A stretch of 64,000 bases of DNA from Azolla caroliniana (lineage: Eukaryota; Plantae; Polypodiophyta): assembly GCA_043228905.1 (NCBI GenBank), contig JBHGNT010000016.1, positions 14,384,001 to 14,448,000 of the forward strand. Direction: 5' to 3'. Below, in pieces: positions 48,128 through 62,279 of the stretch. Positions within the stretch are counted from its first letter, which is position 1; each line of letters begins with the position of its first letter. Below the pieces are notes generated by a model that searched no databases, was not told where the DNA came from, and saw nothing but the letters and a program-made list of their open reading frames with translations. Position numbers and translations under genes: made by a program.

Positions 48128-51100
48128 TGTTAGGAAACAGGACCCTCCGGATGGGAAGTGAGAAGAACAGTGTTGACGAGCAAACTCGGCCGAGGCCGAA
48201 ACCGGATGTGGAGTACCCGGCAACGGAAGACCCCGGTGAGAACCGGATGTGGAGGACCCGGCAACGGAAGACCCGGTGAGAACCGGATGTGGAGTACCCG
48301 GCTACGGAAGACCCGGTGAGAACCGGATGACGAGTACCCGGCAAGAGCCAGATGGTGAAGGCCCGCTGAGAAGTACTCACCGGATGAAGGGACATATTCG
48401 TAAATATGTTTTCTAAGAGTCCATTGGGGCTATATTTGTAAATAGCCGAAAATCCATATTAGTATAAATATGACTTGGGGCAAACTTAGTTGGATAGAGT
48501 GTAGTTGTCATTCTTGTTGGTGCAAGATTTGAGTGCGTAACTATATACAGAGAGAGAGTGAGAGAGGAAGAGGTCATTGCCTCTGTTGTAACTGCCGCCT
48601 GTGGCGAAGATAGCAAACTCGAGGTCGTTGACTCGGTGCTTTACTATTGTACATTGTGATATAGTGATAGTTTGCAGCCTATGGGCTGCCGTGGTTTTTC
48701 CCTAGTTTGGGTTTTCCACGTTAACATCCTATGTACTCTTCTCTTCATTGTGTCGTGCGTGCATTACCCGTTTTCTGTGTTTGATTCTAGGCTCAGTTGT
48801 GGCCGAGCGTGGTTCATCGGGAGCGTGTATTCCTGTCAAAATGGTATCAGAGCGAAACGACGTAGAAAAATGGACGATTCGTTGGGAGGCATGTTCAAGC
48901 TCACCGGCTCCAACTATTCGGTGTGGAAGTCGAAGATGAGGGACATGCTCGTGGTTAAAGATCTTTGGCTGCCAGTTCAATTTGGGGACAAGAGACCGGA
49001 CAAAATCGACGCCACTATATGGGAGGTGATGCACATGAAGAAAATGGCATACATACGATGCTTCATCGACATGAGTCTATACAACAACTTCAATGAAGAG
49101 AGCAAGGCTCATGAGCTCTAGGAGAAGATCGGCATTATGTTTCAAAACAAAAATGTTGTTAATCAGGTTTCGGTATTTTGGAAGCCAGTAAGACTCTGGT
49201 ACCAAGATGGCTCCAGCATGGCGGAGCACATGAATGCCTTCCAGGGGCTAATGCACTAGGAAACATCATTGGAAGCACCTCTCGCCGATGAGTTACTAGC
49301 GCAACTCCTACTCAGATCCCTCCCAGATAGCTGGGAGACGTTGGTTGTCACTTTGGGCAACGCCGGGCTGGAAGGGAAATGGTTATCCCTGGCAAGAGTG
49401 AAGTCGAGCTTGCTAGATGAGGAGGCGCATCGGAAAGACAAGGATACGAACTCCAACTCCAAAGCGCTCATTACCGAATCCGAACGCGGAAGACAAAGGA
49501 ACCGTAGTCCCCAGAACCGGGAGAAGTCAGGGACACGGTCAAAGTCATGGGGGAGGCCTACTTGCTTCTATTGCGGCAAGCCGGGACACTTCCAGAAGAA
49601 CTGTCGGCACTTCCTAAAAGACAAGGAAACTGATAGTACCGATTCGAAGAGGACACGAGACCGGAACGGTAAGGACCGGAGGGGGACGGACCGAAAGGGA
49701 ACGATGCCAATCACGGCAAGTGAAGAAGAGTTGATGCTCATCACCGAGGAGAGTGAGTTGAACCTTGTCGGCAACGAGATGACCTGGGTGGTCGACTCCA
49801 GAGCGTCGTTCCACCTTACCCCAGACCGTAAATGCTTCTCATTCTACACAATCGATGATCACGGCTGTGTCCGGATGGGGAATGAAGGTACATGCCAAAT
49901 TGTCGGCATAGGAGACGTGTGGTTGACAACACCAACCGGATGCAAGATGCTGCTGAAGGATGTCTGACACGTTCCGGAGGTTCATCTGAACCTGATATCA
50001 GCCAGTCGGCTAGATGATGAAGGCTACACTGGTAGCATCTGGAACGGTGCTATGAAGTTCAGCAAAGGGAGCCTGATTGTGGGTCGGGCCCGGAAGGTAA
50101 ACACGTTGTACCTGATGAATGCCCGGTTATGCCCAGAAGAAGTGAACATGGCTTCCGACACTGCTGGTGAGCTGTGGCACAAGAGGCTGTGTCACATGAG
50201 AGAGAAGGGGATGAAGAGGCTTGCAGACGACAACCTCATTCCAGTGAAGAACGTGCACTTGGAGAAGTGCACTGATTGTCTGGCCGGTAAACAAAACCGG
50301 ACCTCCTTCCGATCGAGGCCACCGATCAGACGTAATGCACTACTGAAGTTGGTGCATACTGATGTATGTCAAGTGGACACGAAGTCACAGTACTTCGTGA
50401 CGTTCATAGATGACCACAGCCGGAAGCTGTGGGCCACACTGTTGAAGACGAAGGATCAGGTGTTATCCGTCTTCAAAGAGCCCCACGGAAGAGTGGAAAG
50501 AGAAACCGGCCGGAAGGTGAAGGTGGTTCGAGCAGATAACGGAGGTGAATACCGGGGAAGTTCGAAGAGTACTGTCGCTTGAAGGGAATCCGGCTCGAAT
50601 TTACCGTGCCGAAGATGCCGAAACTAAACGGGTTGGCCGAGAGGATGAACCAGACCATAATGGAGAGGGTTTGGAGTATGCTGGCGCATGCAAAACTACC
50701 CAAGAAGTTTTGGGCTGAGGCGCTGTCAACAGCAACGTATGTGATAAACAGATCACCCTCAGTATCCTTGGACGGAGACACGCCACAGAGAGTCTGGACC
50801 GGTAAGGAAGTGTCCTACCGGCATCTGAAGGTATTCGGGTGTCTTGCGTACGTGCATGTTGCTAAGGACCGGAGAGGAAAGTTGGATCCAAAGACCCGGC
50901 CATGCATATTCCTCGGTTACGGCAACGATGAGTTCGGCTACCGAGTGTGGGACCTGGCCGACGAAAAGGCAATCCGGAGTCGAGATATTATCTTCATGGA
51001 GGACAAGACGCTCGCCGACTAGGAGTCGGAGAAGAAGATAATGAACTCCGAGTCGACCGGTAAGGATTGATTCTACGATGAGCAAACCCAACCGGCAAGA

Positions 51101-53623
51101 GACCGGTTAGCACTCGAGGAGCCTGCCAGTTACGATGAGGATACCGAACCGGCAGAAGAAGAAGTAGAGGAAGCTGAAATCGGAACCAGCCAAGACCCCG
51201 AATCGGATTCGGATGAAGAACAAATAGTGGAGCTGGTTGCCGAAGGCCAAAGACGGAGATATCCTCTCCGAGAGAGAAGGGCCCCCCGGAGATTTCCGAA
51301 TGCAGAGCATGTGCTGCTGACCGATGAGGGAGAGCCAGAAAGCTTCGAAGAAGCGAAGGATGACACCCACAGCCGCAAATGGTTAAGTGCCATGCAGGAT
51401 GAGATGGATTCCCTGCATGAGAACCATACATATGAATTGGTGGAGTTGCCGAAAGGAAAGAGGGCACTCTGAAACAAGTGGGTGTACAAGTTGAAACCGG
51501 GAGATGCCGGCAACCCCCCGAGATACAAAGCCAGGATCGTGGTCAAGGGGTTCCAACAGAAGAAGGGTGTGGACTTCGACGAGATATTTGCCCCAGTGTA
51601 AAGATGACCTCCATCCGGACGGTGTTGAGTATAGCGGCAAGCATGGACCTCGAGGTAGAGCAGTTGGACGTGAAGATGACATTCCTTCACAGTGACCTCG
51701 AAGAGGGGATCTACATGCAGCAACCAGAAGGATTCATGGAGAAAGGGAAGGAGCGCCTAGTTTGCCAGTTGAAGAAGAGCCTGTATGGACTGAATCAGGC
51801 TCCCCGACAATGGTAACGAAAGTTCGACTCCTTCATGACAGATCAAGGGTACCATAAGACGCAGGCCGATCACTGCGTGTTTGTGAAGAAGTTCGAAGGA
51901 GGCGACTTCCTGATACTCCTTCTGTACGTGGACGACATGTTGATCGTCGGATGGGACCAAGCCAAAATACGGATGCTGAAGAAGGCTCTCAACCGGACCT
52001 TCTCAATGAAAGACTTGGGTCTGGCAAGACAGATGATGGGGATGCATATTATCCGGGACCGATCAACGAAGCAATTGTGGCTGTCACAGGAGAAGTACGT
52101 GACAAAGGTGCTTCAGCGGTTCAACATGTCAGATGTGAAACCAGTCGGATCGACACTTCCGGCAAACTGCAGGTTATCCGATAAGCAAAGCCCGAAGACG
52201 AAAGCAGAGAAAGCTGATATGATGAAGGTTCCATATGCCTCTGCCGCCGGGAGCTTGATGTATGCAATGGTGTGTACTCGACCGGATATTGGATACGCAG
52301 TCGGAGTGGTGAGCCGGTTTATGAGTAATCCCGGCAAGGAGCACTGGAACGCGGTCAAATGGATACTCCGGTACCTGAAGGGCACTTCGAATATGTGTCT
52401 CCGATTCGGCTCCGGTAAACCTCAACTTGACGGTTTTACCAATTCGGACATGTCGGCTGATGTGGATACCAGCCGGTCTACATCCGGGTATGTAATGACA
52501 TATGCAGGGGGAGTTGTTTCGTGGCAGTCGAGGCTGCAGAAGAAGGTTGCGTTGTCAACCACGGAAGTAGAGTACATGGCGGCTATGGAAGCCGGCAAGG
52601 AAATACTATGGATGAAGGACTCCATCGGAGAGCTCGGTATCCGGCAAGATGAATACCGGCTCTATTGCGACAGTCAAAGTGCCATCCACCTTGCTAAGAA
52701 CGCAGCGTACCACTCCAGGACAAAGCACATCCAGCGTAGGTATCACTGGATCCGGGAGCGAGTAGAAGATCGAGAGTTCGCGCTGACGAAGATCCACACA
52801 GCCGAGAACGGGTCAGATATGCTGACCAAAGTACTGATACCCGACAAGCTGGACGCATGTCGGAAGTGGATCGGACTAGTAAGACACCCCATGCCAGAGT
52901 GAAGGGGGAGTTTGTTAGGAAACAGGTCCCTCCGGATGGGAAGTGAGAAGAACAGTGTTGACGGGCAAACTCGGCCGAGGCCGAAACGAGATGTGGAGTA
53001 CCCGGCAACGGAAGACCTCGGTGAGAACCGGATGTGGAGGACCCGGCAACGGAAGACCCGGTGAGAACCGGATGTGGAGTACCCGGCTACGGAAGACCCA
53101 GTGAGAACCGGATGACGAGTACCCGGCAAGAGCCGGATGGTGAAGGCCCGGTGAGAAGTACTCACCGAATGAAGGGACATATTTGTAAATATGTTTTCTG
53201 AGGGTCCATCGGGGCTATATTTGTAAATAGCCGAAAAGCCATATTAGTATAAATATGACTTAGGGCAAACTTAGTTGGATAGAGTGTAGTTGTCATTCTT
53301 GTTGGTGCAAGATTTGAGTGCGTAACTATATACAGAGAGAGAGTGAGAGAGGAAGAGGTCGTTGCCTCTGTTGTAACTGCCGCCTATGGCGAAGATAGCA
53401 AACTCGAGGTCGTTGCCTCGGTGCTTTACTATTGTACATTGTGATATAGTGATAGTTTGCAGCCTATGGGCTGCCGTGGTTTTTCCCTAGTTTGGGTTTT
53501 CCACGTTAACATCCTATGTACTCTTCTCTTCATTGTGTCGTGCGTGCATTACCCGTTTTCTGTGTTTGATTCTAGGCTCGGTTGTGGCCGAGCGTGGTTC
53601 ATCGGGAGCGTGTATTCCTGTCA
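48128..53623 (+). mobile_element. E9: full-length Ty1/Copia element
   Basis: TSD ATCAG; 711-bp LTRs 48128-48838 and 52913-53623; PBS TGGTATCAGAGC; PPT GAAGGGGGAG; ~40-bp CCGG-rich tandem repeats in U3. Confidence 0.95.
48870..52902 (+). pseudogene. gag-pol: E9 gag-pol
   Basis: CFYCGKPGHFQKNC, INT core, LLYVDDML, RH CDSQSAI..RTKHI..DMLTK. Scattered stops and frameshifts. Confidence 0.93.
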
Positions 53624-56600
53624 ATCAGTACATCCTTCCAGCACTATTAAGGAGGAATCCTTAGTGCAACTTCCGGCGAAATATCATCCTTATGCCGATG
53701 TATTTGACAAGGTAAACGTCGGTACTCTTCCTCATCATCGTCCCTATGATTGTCCCATTGATTTACAACCAGGAGCAGAGCCACCATGGGGACCAATTTA
53801 CAACTTGTCACCCACCGAGTTAGAAGTCCTTTGAGCCTACATAGAGGAGAACTTCGCAAGGGGTTTTATTCGTCATTCAAAATCTCCGGCCGGTGCACCC
53901 ACCTTTGTCAAGAAGAAAGGTGGCTCACTTCGTCTCGTCGTTGATTACCATGGCTTGAATAAAGTCATCATCCGGAATAGGTATGCACTTCCTCTTATAT
54001 CAAGTCTTTTAGAGCGAGTTAATAGTGCCAAGTTTTTTACAAAAATCAATCTATGAGGAGCGTATAACCTCATGTGGATCCAACCGGGAGATGAATGGAA
54101 GACCTCCTTTCGCACGCGGTATGGGCATTTCAAATATATTGTTATGCCGTTCGGTCTAACCAATGCACCCGCAGTCTTCCAACACATGGCAAATGATATA
54201 TTCAGAGACCTCTTGGATATCTGTTTGATCATCTTGATTTATTCGAAGAACCAGGAAGAGCACGATTCTCATGTACTATTAGTACTAAAACAACTCCGCG
54301 AGAATGGTCTTTATGCCAAGCTAGAAAAATGTAGCTTTGACTGCAAGCAATTGGAATTTCTAGGCTACGTCATCTCCTCAAAGGGCATCTCCATGGATCC
54401 AGCTAAAGTCCAAATTGTGCTAGAGTGGCAAATTCCACGGACGGTAGGAGATGTACAATGTTTTCTAGGTTTTGCTAACTTCTACCGTAAGTATATACAA
54501 GATTACTCGAAGATTATTTTACCTCTCACACAAATTATGAAGAAGGGACAAGCATTTCTTTGGTCCAATGAAGCGGACAGGGCTTTTCGGCATCTTAAGA
54601 AAGCCTTTACATCAGCTCCTATTCTAGCTCATGTGGATACAAAGAAACCATTCATCATGGAGGCCGACGCATCGGATTTCGCCCTCGGTAGCATCCTTTC
54701 TCAACAAGGAGATAAAGAAGAGTTACATCTTGTGGCTTCCATTCGCGCAAATTCGATGCTGCGGAAATCAACTACGAAATGCATGGCAAGGAGTTATTAG
54801 CCATCGTGGATTCCTTTGTGCAATGGGGTCATCGTCTTTAGTGATCACAAAAACCTTGCTTATTTCCAGAACGCTCGGGTGCTAAATCGACGGCAAGCTC
54901 GGTGGGCTCAATTCCTCACGCGTTTTGACTTCAAAATCACATATCAACCGGGGAAGCAACAAGGAAAAGCAGATGCGCTATCACAACGTTCATATCTTGC
55001 ACCTCGTCCTGGTGATCCAACGTTTGATAATCAAAAGCAAGTAATCTTGAGACCAACATGATTGCACACAACATGGATTTTTCACACCCCTATGGATTCT
55101 CGGATTACCGATGCCATACGTGCGAACTTGAAGACAGACAATTTTGCTCAAGACATTCTGGCGCACATTGATACCTCTCGGGCATCCTGTTCCCAATCTC
55201 AACAACCGGGTATGGACTATCGACAATTCGAATATCATGATGGTTTGTTATTCTTTAAAAAGCTTGTATATGTCCCTGATTGCTCTTGTCGCCTTCGAAT
55301 CGTCCAAAATTGCCACAACACCCATACGGCGGGACATTTCGGTAGTACTAAGATGTTGGATCTCGTTCAACGATCCTTTTGGTGGCCCTGTATGCGATGT
55401 TTTGTCAACGACTATGTTCGGACTTGTGATGCTTTCTGTTGAGCAAAGATGCCCCGACACCATCCATATGGCTTGTTGGAACCCTTACCGATTCCAAGTA
55501 AGCCGTGGCAGTCTACTTGTCTTGATTTTATCACAGATCTGCCGGTCTCAAAAGGGTTCGATGTTATCTTAACCGTCGTCGATCAATATACTAAGATGGC
55601 ACATTTTGTGTCGTGTACTAAGGCCATCACTAGCGAGGAAACCGCCGCCCTTGTCATGCGTGAGGTATTTCGGCATCATAGCCTCCCAGACAGTATGATC
55701 AGTGACCGAGGACCTCAATTCGTCTCCAAATTTTGGCAGCATCTCTTCAAGATGCTCAAGGTCTCTTGCAACCTCTCCTCCGGCTACCATCCTCAGACCG
55801 ATGGGCAGGCAGAACGAACAAACCAAACGCTGGAACAATATCTCCGGTGTTTTCTGAGTTATCAACGGGACAATTGGCCGAGATTCTCCACTTTGCGGAG
55901 TTTGCATATAATAATGCGGTTCACTCCTCGACTTGGGTCTCCCCATTTTACGCTTATACCAGTTCTCATCGTCATTGGTCGGTGATCGACACCCCGGAGC
56001 TACCTACGAATCCTCATGCCGAGGATCATTTGGAGAGGCTACGCAAAATCTAGATGGATCTTGACGGGAACTTGTCGTTCCTTATGCACAAGACTCGGCC
56101 ACAACCGAGATTCTTTTCATACACAGAAAGCGGGAAATAGAACACGACACAAGGAAGAGAAATGGTACACAGGAGGTTAACGTGGAAAACCCCAAACTAG
56201 GGGAAAAAACCACGGCAACCCACAGGCTGCAAACTGTCACTATGTATGAATGTACAAAACAGTGAGTTCACGGAGGCAACGACCTCGTGCTCACGATCTT
56301 CGCCACAGGCGGCGGTTACAACAGAGGCAGCGACCTCTTTCTCTCTCTCTCTCTCTATACAACGTTACGTGCTCTCTCTTCTTCTTCTTGCACCAACAAG
56401 AAAATGACAGACAACTAAAAGTTTGCCCTAAGTCATATTTATACTAATATGACTTTTCCGGCTATTTACAAATATAGCCTCGATGGGCTCTCAGAAACAT
56501 ATTTACGAATATGTCTCTTCCTCCGGTTCTGCACCATCCGGCTCTCCGTAGCCGGGTACTCCTCATCCGGTTCACACCGGGCCTGCACCATCCGGCTCTC

Positions 56601-57340
56601 CGTAGCCGGGTACTCCTCATCCGGTTCACACCGGGCCTGTACCATCCGGCTCTTCGTAGCCGGGTACTACTCATCCGGTTCACACCGAGCCTGTATCATC
56701 CGGCTCTCCGTAGCCGGGTACTACTCATACCGAGTTTGTTCGTCGGCACTGTTCTTATCCCTTCCCATCCGGAGGGACCTGTCTCCCAACAGATCTCTCT
56801 ACTCATCTTCCTCATGCTCAACACACATAGAAGACTTATGCAAATCCTCATCGGCTTCCCTCCTCTTTTGCCATCGGCGATCTAGTATGGCTCTTACGTC
56901 GTCACATCAAGATTACTCGACCGTGCAACAAGTTGGATTATCGACGACTCGGTCCTTTCCGTATTACTAGTAAGGTTAATGATGTCATGTTCCGCCTTGA
57001 TCTCCCTCCGCATCTTCATATCCATCCAGTTTTCCATAGCTCTCTTCTTGAACCTTATAAAGCAAACACTATTCCCGATCGTGTTACACCACCGCCGCCC
57101 CCACTTGAGTTGAAAGCCGGCCCGGAGTATGAAGTTGTTGTCGTCCTCGATTCCAAACTTGTTCGCAACAAACTTTATTATTTGTTCGATTGGCTCGACT
57201 ATAGTCCGGGCGAACGTACTTGGGAACCCGTCGATCATGTCGCCAATGCTCAGGATCTTCTTCCTGAGTTCCACCGAAAGTATCTAGACAAGCCCAGTCC
57301 GCAATCAGCGCCGACTCGCTCCACTCGTCGTCTTAAGGGG
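53624..57340 (+). pseudogene. pol: E7 RT-RH-INT-chromodomain, split by a solo LTR
   Basis: MPFGLTNAP, EADASD, LDFITDLP, HPQTDGQ, LGPF, EYEV..YYLFDW..TWEP. Confidence 0.9.
56062..56791 (-). mobile_element. Solo LTR of an E9-related Copia family
   Basis: TSD GATCT; TG..CA ends; reverse complement resembles the E9 LTR. Confidence 0.92.
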
Positions 57341-59061
57341 GAGATAGTGTCATGATATGGCAAGACTTGAACCCATGACCTTATGTTATATGGGTCGAGC
57401 TCTTGACCATTATACCATCTATTGTAATATATAGAATATTATTTTCATTTAAGTTTTATTATAGGAAATTAATGTATATTCCAGATTTCTCTGGAACATT
57501 CTAGAAGCTTCAGGATTACTCCTGAGAACACTATAAAAGAAGGCACTAGGCATTATTTTGAACCAAATTGGTTCAACGCCAGTCTTAAGCCTTATAGCCA
57601 TCTTGTACTTACTCTTCCTATAATTTATCATCTGTTATCATCATCTCTCTCTCTCCCTCGTCCTCACTATATATCTCTCTCTCTCTTCTCTTCTCTTTCC
57701 TCCCTCTCGGGAGTCTTACGCAGTCCCGTCCTCCTAGTAATAATAGTACTTCCCTTCTCTAGTACTAATTCTCTCTTTGTTTTAGTACTATTCCTGACAG
57801 ACCCTATTCTACAATGATTGGAGTGTTTCGTGTATGGGAAGCTACTAATTGTCGTTGAGTGAAGGATGTGTGCGAGTTTTGTAGTGAGGTTCTCTAAAGG
57901 CAAGGAAGAATCAAAAGAGGAGAGATGGGCTTGAACATGTCGAGAGTAGATGTCAGCAAGCTCATGCATGAAATGTATTATGGTGTGATGGTTTGGTTGA
58001 TTAGAGTTGGTGGCGTGGAAGGTGTCGCATTTTAGCTCAAAGTATACAAAGTTATGGTCTGCACCAATGGGGCATGGGACCACCTGGAAGGAGTTAACCA
58101 TGTGGGTAGCTTCAGGGAATCCTATGAGGTAATCACCTGTGCTTTTCCCTCCTCCATGTGGGAAACATGTGAGCTCTTCCGAGCCCAGCCACTTGGCTAA
58201 GCCATTATATATGATCATATGGTGTCAGCTTCCAAGTTCAAGCAGATGATGGCCAAAGCTTGTGGCATCCGCACCTTGATCCTTTGATGTACGTGTTATG
58301 TCTAAGGCTAAAGGGTCGACATTCACCATTTCTAGGTTTCTATCCATCTAAAATATTGTGCATTATCGGGATTGGGTTCTCGCATTGAAATCTCCTTCAA
58401 GGAAGACTTCCCCTTGAGAAGAATATTGGATTACGTCATCCGATAAAGGCTCGTATGGAGAAGGCCCATGTGGCGTTCCTTCATCAACTACACTCGCCTC
58501 TCCAACCATATTATACCAGGATCCTTTCGGGGGGAAGTAACAAACGGCAATAAATATCGCTTGATCCTTGCTAGTGAGGACTTTCACCCACATAAAACGG
58601 GCTTCTGGGTCTGTCTTTAGTATTTCTATCCTATTATGTATCTCTCTCCGAAATAGTATCGCAACCCCTCCAGACCCTCTAGTAGTGTGTCGACGTGAGG
58701 TTTGTCTAAAGACAGATTCCCAACAAAAACCGTCAACTCGTGGCAGTGCTCGATTTGGACTCTAATGTGTTCTCCTCTAGATGGCCAGGGTGTGTCCAAA
58801 GTGCACCGTTATAGTTCCATAAAGTCATCCTGAGTTTATTGTCTGTCACATGGGCCACATGCCATCAATTGACGGCGCGATCATTTATTATCAGACGTCC
58901 GTCTCTGTAAAAAGCACAATGCCCCTCTCTACGAGCTTGTATGACTCACGGCATACAAGTTTTACGATGCTCAATTTGCATCTTGGTCAGGTCTTCATCG
59001 AGGTAGATAGGGTCCCTGCCCAATCCTCGATAGAGAGAGACAGAGAGAGAGAGAAAGTATT

Positions 59062-60830
59062 TGTCGCACCCCAAAGATGTCATGATGCACATCACATGTG
59101 CCAAACGTCGCAATGTGCGCTGACAATCACCGACCTCTATCTACAAGTGGTGATGGAGGATCGAAAGGATCATTCAAGATAATGAAGCGGGACCTTTGGC
59201 ATCCGCACCGAAAGGACTCGATGTTTTACGAGAAATATTAAAGATAGATAGGTAGATAGAGATGGACGGAAATTCCAATTCCAGGTTTGAACCCTTGACT
59301 TCAAATTTAAGAAACAAGACCTCTCACCAATAAGATAACTAGGTTTTCATTAATAATTCTTGATTCCATACATAACTTCCTTCCCTCTCTTTTCTTTTTC
59401 CTTCCTTATATAGATGGCCCCAATGCATATGATGCATGTGAGGGTCTGAGACATGCATACAATGCATGATTGTCATTTGGCGCTCATGCATTCCATGTGA
59501 TGCATGATAACCATGTCACTCATACAAGCTCTTATGTATGAGATTTTACATGTGAAAAGTACAATGATGAAATAAAAATTTAAAGAAACAACTTAGCCTA
59601 ATGGTATATCAATTGTTTCTTATATTGGAGGTGTAAGGGACAAAACCCATTTCACGTGCATATTAACCATCACCCCTTTCATACATGTGCATATTGCACA
59701 TTCTCGGTTTTCCGCATTTCACTTGATTTGCACACCGTTGCCGAAAATCTTCACGACATCCACCCCCACCAAATCGCACGTCCTCTGGTACATGCCAAGA
59801 AGAGAGTGTGAGTTTTGGCTACGGTGATCAATCTAATTCCTCCATGTCCTCATTGACTTTGCTCACATTTGCAGTTTCCGTCTTACTATCTTCATTATCG
59901 AGGTCATGACCCTCATCTTGTCTTTTCTTGAAGATCTTTTCTCTTTTTCCCACAATGGGTATGGTCAGCCTTGATCTGTCTAGCTCTGCAAAGTGGTAGG
60001 TGGCGTTATCGTTGGCACTCATCACCACATATGGTCCAAACCACCTTGCAAAATTCCTTGTTGTTCTCTGTTGGTTGTCAAGGATGTTGTCGTAGACCAG
60101 TACCCAATCTCCTTCTTCGATCTTCTTGGGACGCAGTCGATGTGTCTTGTCGAACCAAATCTTGTTCTTCACTCGGGTTGTCTCCATTATCTTTTGTGAT
60201 TTTTCTAGATCTTCGGGTCTTCTTTCGAGCTACCTTATCTGTGCCACCAATAATTCTTCTCAGATCATCTCATTCTCTCATGGTATTGCTACCCATGAGG
60301 CAATCATCCTCTCAATGAGCATTACCGGCTTTTGTCCATACATGTGCTCTACTGGCATATAGTCTATCACAGAACTGTGTAGTTCTATCGGCCCACAATG
60401 CATAGGGCAATAGTCGTGGCCAGTTCCCAACTCCACCGTCGCATGTTTGTACGATGGCTTTGACTATCGGCCCATGCCCTTGCTCAATTTTCCCATTTGC
60501 TTCCAGATTGTAGGCAGTTGTGAGGGAGAGCTTCACGCCTAGTCGCTCAAAGAGCTTCATTGCTTCATGTGTATCCAATTCCCCTCGGTTAGCCACTATC
60601 TTTCCCACACATCTGTATCGGCAAACAACCTCTTCGAGCAGAAATTTGCAAATGGTTGTCGTCGTCTTATTTTCTACGGCACATCATGCTACCTGGTTTG
60701 TCAGGTCTTACCTTGCTAGTACCAAGTACTTCATCTGTCCCACTCCCATTGGCATCGAGACCAGATCCAAGATCCATTTTAAGTGTATGGTGAGTGGGTA
60801 TGTTGGCCGCAACTCGTCACGATGATAGCC
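59062..60830 (-). mobile_element. E10: 3' fragment (integrase, PPT, LTR) of an E1-related Gypsy
   Basis: INT homologous to E1 (GHGPIVKA, ALWADRTT, WFGPY). LTR starts at 59758 (TGTCGTG). Left end uncertain. Confidence 0.75.
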
Positions 60831-61039
60831 AGTTCATGCAGACTCCATGTGACATTCATCTCGACTGTGTTAAGCGAGTACTAAGGTATGTGAGTGGGAC
60901 CATGGATTACAGCATCCGCTACGACTTGGCCACACTAATTTGACTTGAAGGATACATTGATGCCAATTGGGTCGGCTACAAAGACGATTGACAATCAACC
61001 TCAGGATTTGAATTCTCACTCGGCAGTGGGACCATATCA

Positions 61040-61720
61040 TGGAGCAGTAAGAAGCAGCCAAGAGTCACATTGTCTAGCACAAAAGCTAATTATAGGGGCA
61101 CTTCCATCATCACATGTGAAGCTATTTGGCTAAAGAGAATCTTGAAGGATCTAGGTGTTCCCATCACAAATCTGATTCTCCTCTACTGCGACAATATGAG
61201 CAACATTCACCTAGCTCAGAACCTAGTCTTTCATGCTTGGACCAAGCACATCGAGGTGCACTATCACTTCATCTGAGAGTGAGTGAGCAAGACAATCACA
61301 GAAGTGAGGTGAGTCCACCAACTATCCGGCGACCAGAAGTTGCGTTTGAAGGGGCATGTTGAGAATCAAACTCAACTTCCCGTGTGTGGGAACACACTCT
61401 AAGATGCTCAAGTGTGTGAATATTCCACCTCCTTGTATAATAAGTATTGTGTCATAGAAGTTAATACCTTATTACTCATACTCAATAAGTAGCTAAGACT
61501 CCACTTGTTTCCCAAGAAGCAACGCTATTGAGAGAACTTAGAGAGAAGGTGACTACAGAAGCACCTTCTCCTTCTCTTTATAGTAGTTGGTTCATTCTTG
61601 CTTCTTGTTAATATACAGTTTTCTTGTTTTCTATATTCCTTGTGTTATATTTCTCACACACGCATACACATATCTCTTCCACCACACAGAATCCCTCTCA
61701 ATTCTTTTCATAAGAAATGC
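61040..61720 (+). mobile_element. Copia RNase H fragment with PPT and LTR start (61357)
   Basis: CEAIWL, YCDN, TKHIEVHYHF; GAAGGGGCA followed by TGTTGAGA. Right end uncertain. Confidence 0.7.
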
Positions 61721-62279
61721 CATGTGTCATGAACAATTCTCAAGTGATGATGTGCTCTACTTAATGCTTGCCCTTCTAACAAACCATCTTCATGAATTTA
61801 AATATAGCCATAATTAGGAAGTATATGGGAATCTAAGGAAACAACCATATGCCTCCACCCCATTACATCTAATGATGGTAATAGATGCATAGTTGCCACA
61901 TCAAGACCTTTAACAACACTTCCCCAAAGTTAAGATAATTAATGTATTTTGAGAAATGTAATGTTGGTTGCCTAATTTGCCAAGTTGCATGCATTTGCTA
62001 CAACCCAAGATTCTTTATCATACCCACAAACGGAAATGAAAAGTTCAACAAACACGTATAGCACAATTATCAACCATATCACAAACAAAAATTAGAAAGT
62101 CAAACCCATATGTGGTATTCCACTTAGAAACTAGATGTCACAAGTATTTTCTAAGTGAGGATTGATTGGGATTGTGGGAATAGAATTGGAATTTAGACCT
62201 TGCAAACTAGAAGATTTCTTCATAGAATGATTTAAGGGGCAAGGTGAAGGCATCAAGACGGTTGTTGATTGTTCAATAT

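Larger units (their letters stand above)
42210..57799 (+). mobile_element. E7: self-priming Ty3/Gypsy chromovirus (Tf1/sushi/Tcn1-like)
   Basis: TSD GACCC. LTRs 42210-42661 and 57348-57799; PBS complementary to its own R region; PPT AAGGGGGAGA. Confidence 0.93.
42063..58780 (-). mobile_element. Old LINE (APE endonuclease region), host of E7 and E2
   Basis: ETH, GGVA, YFPP, GDFNAR, DY and ADH motifs at 57800-58780. Frame continues left of E7 as PNKWYDEEC (42063-42209). Confidence 0.8.
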
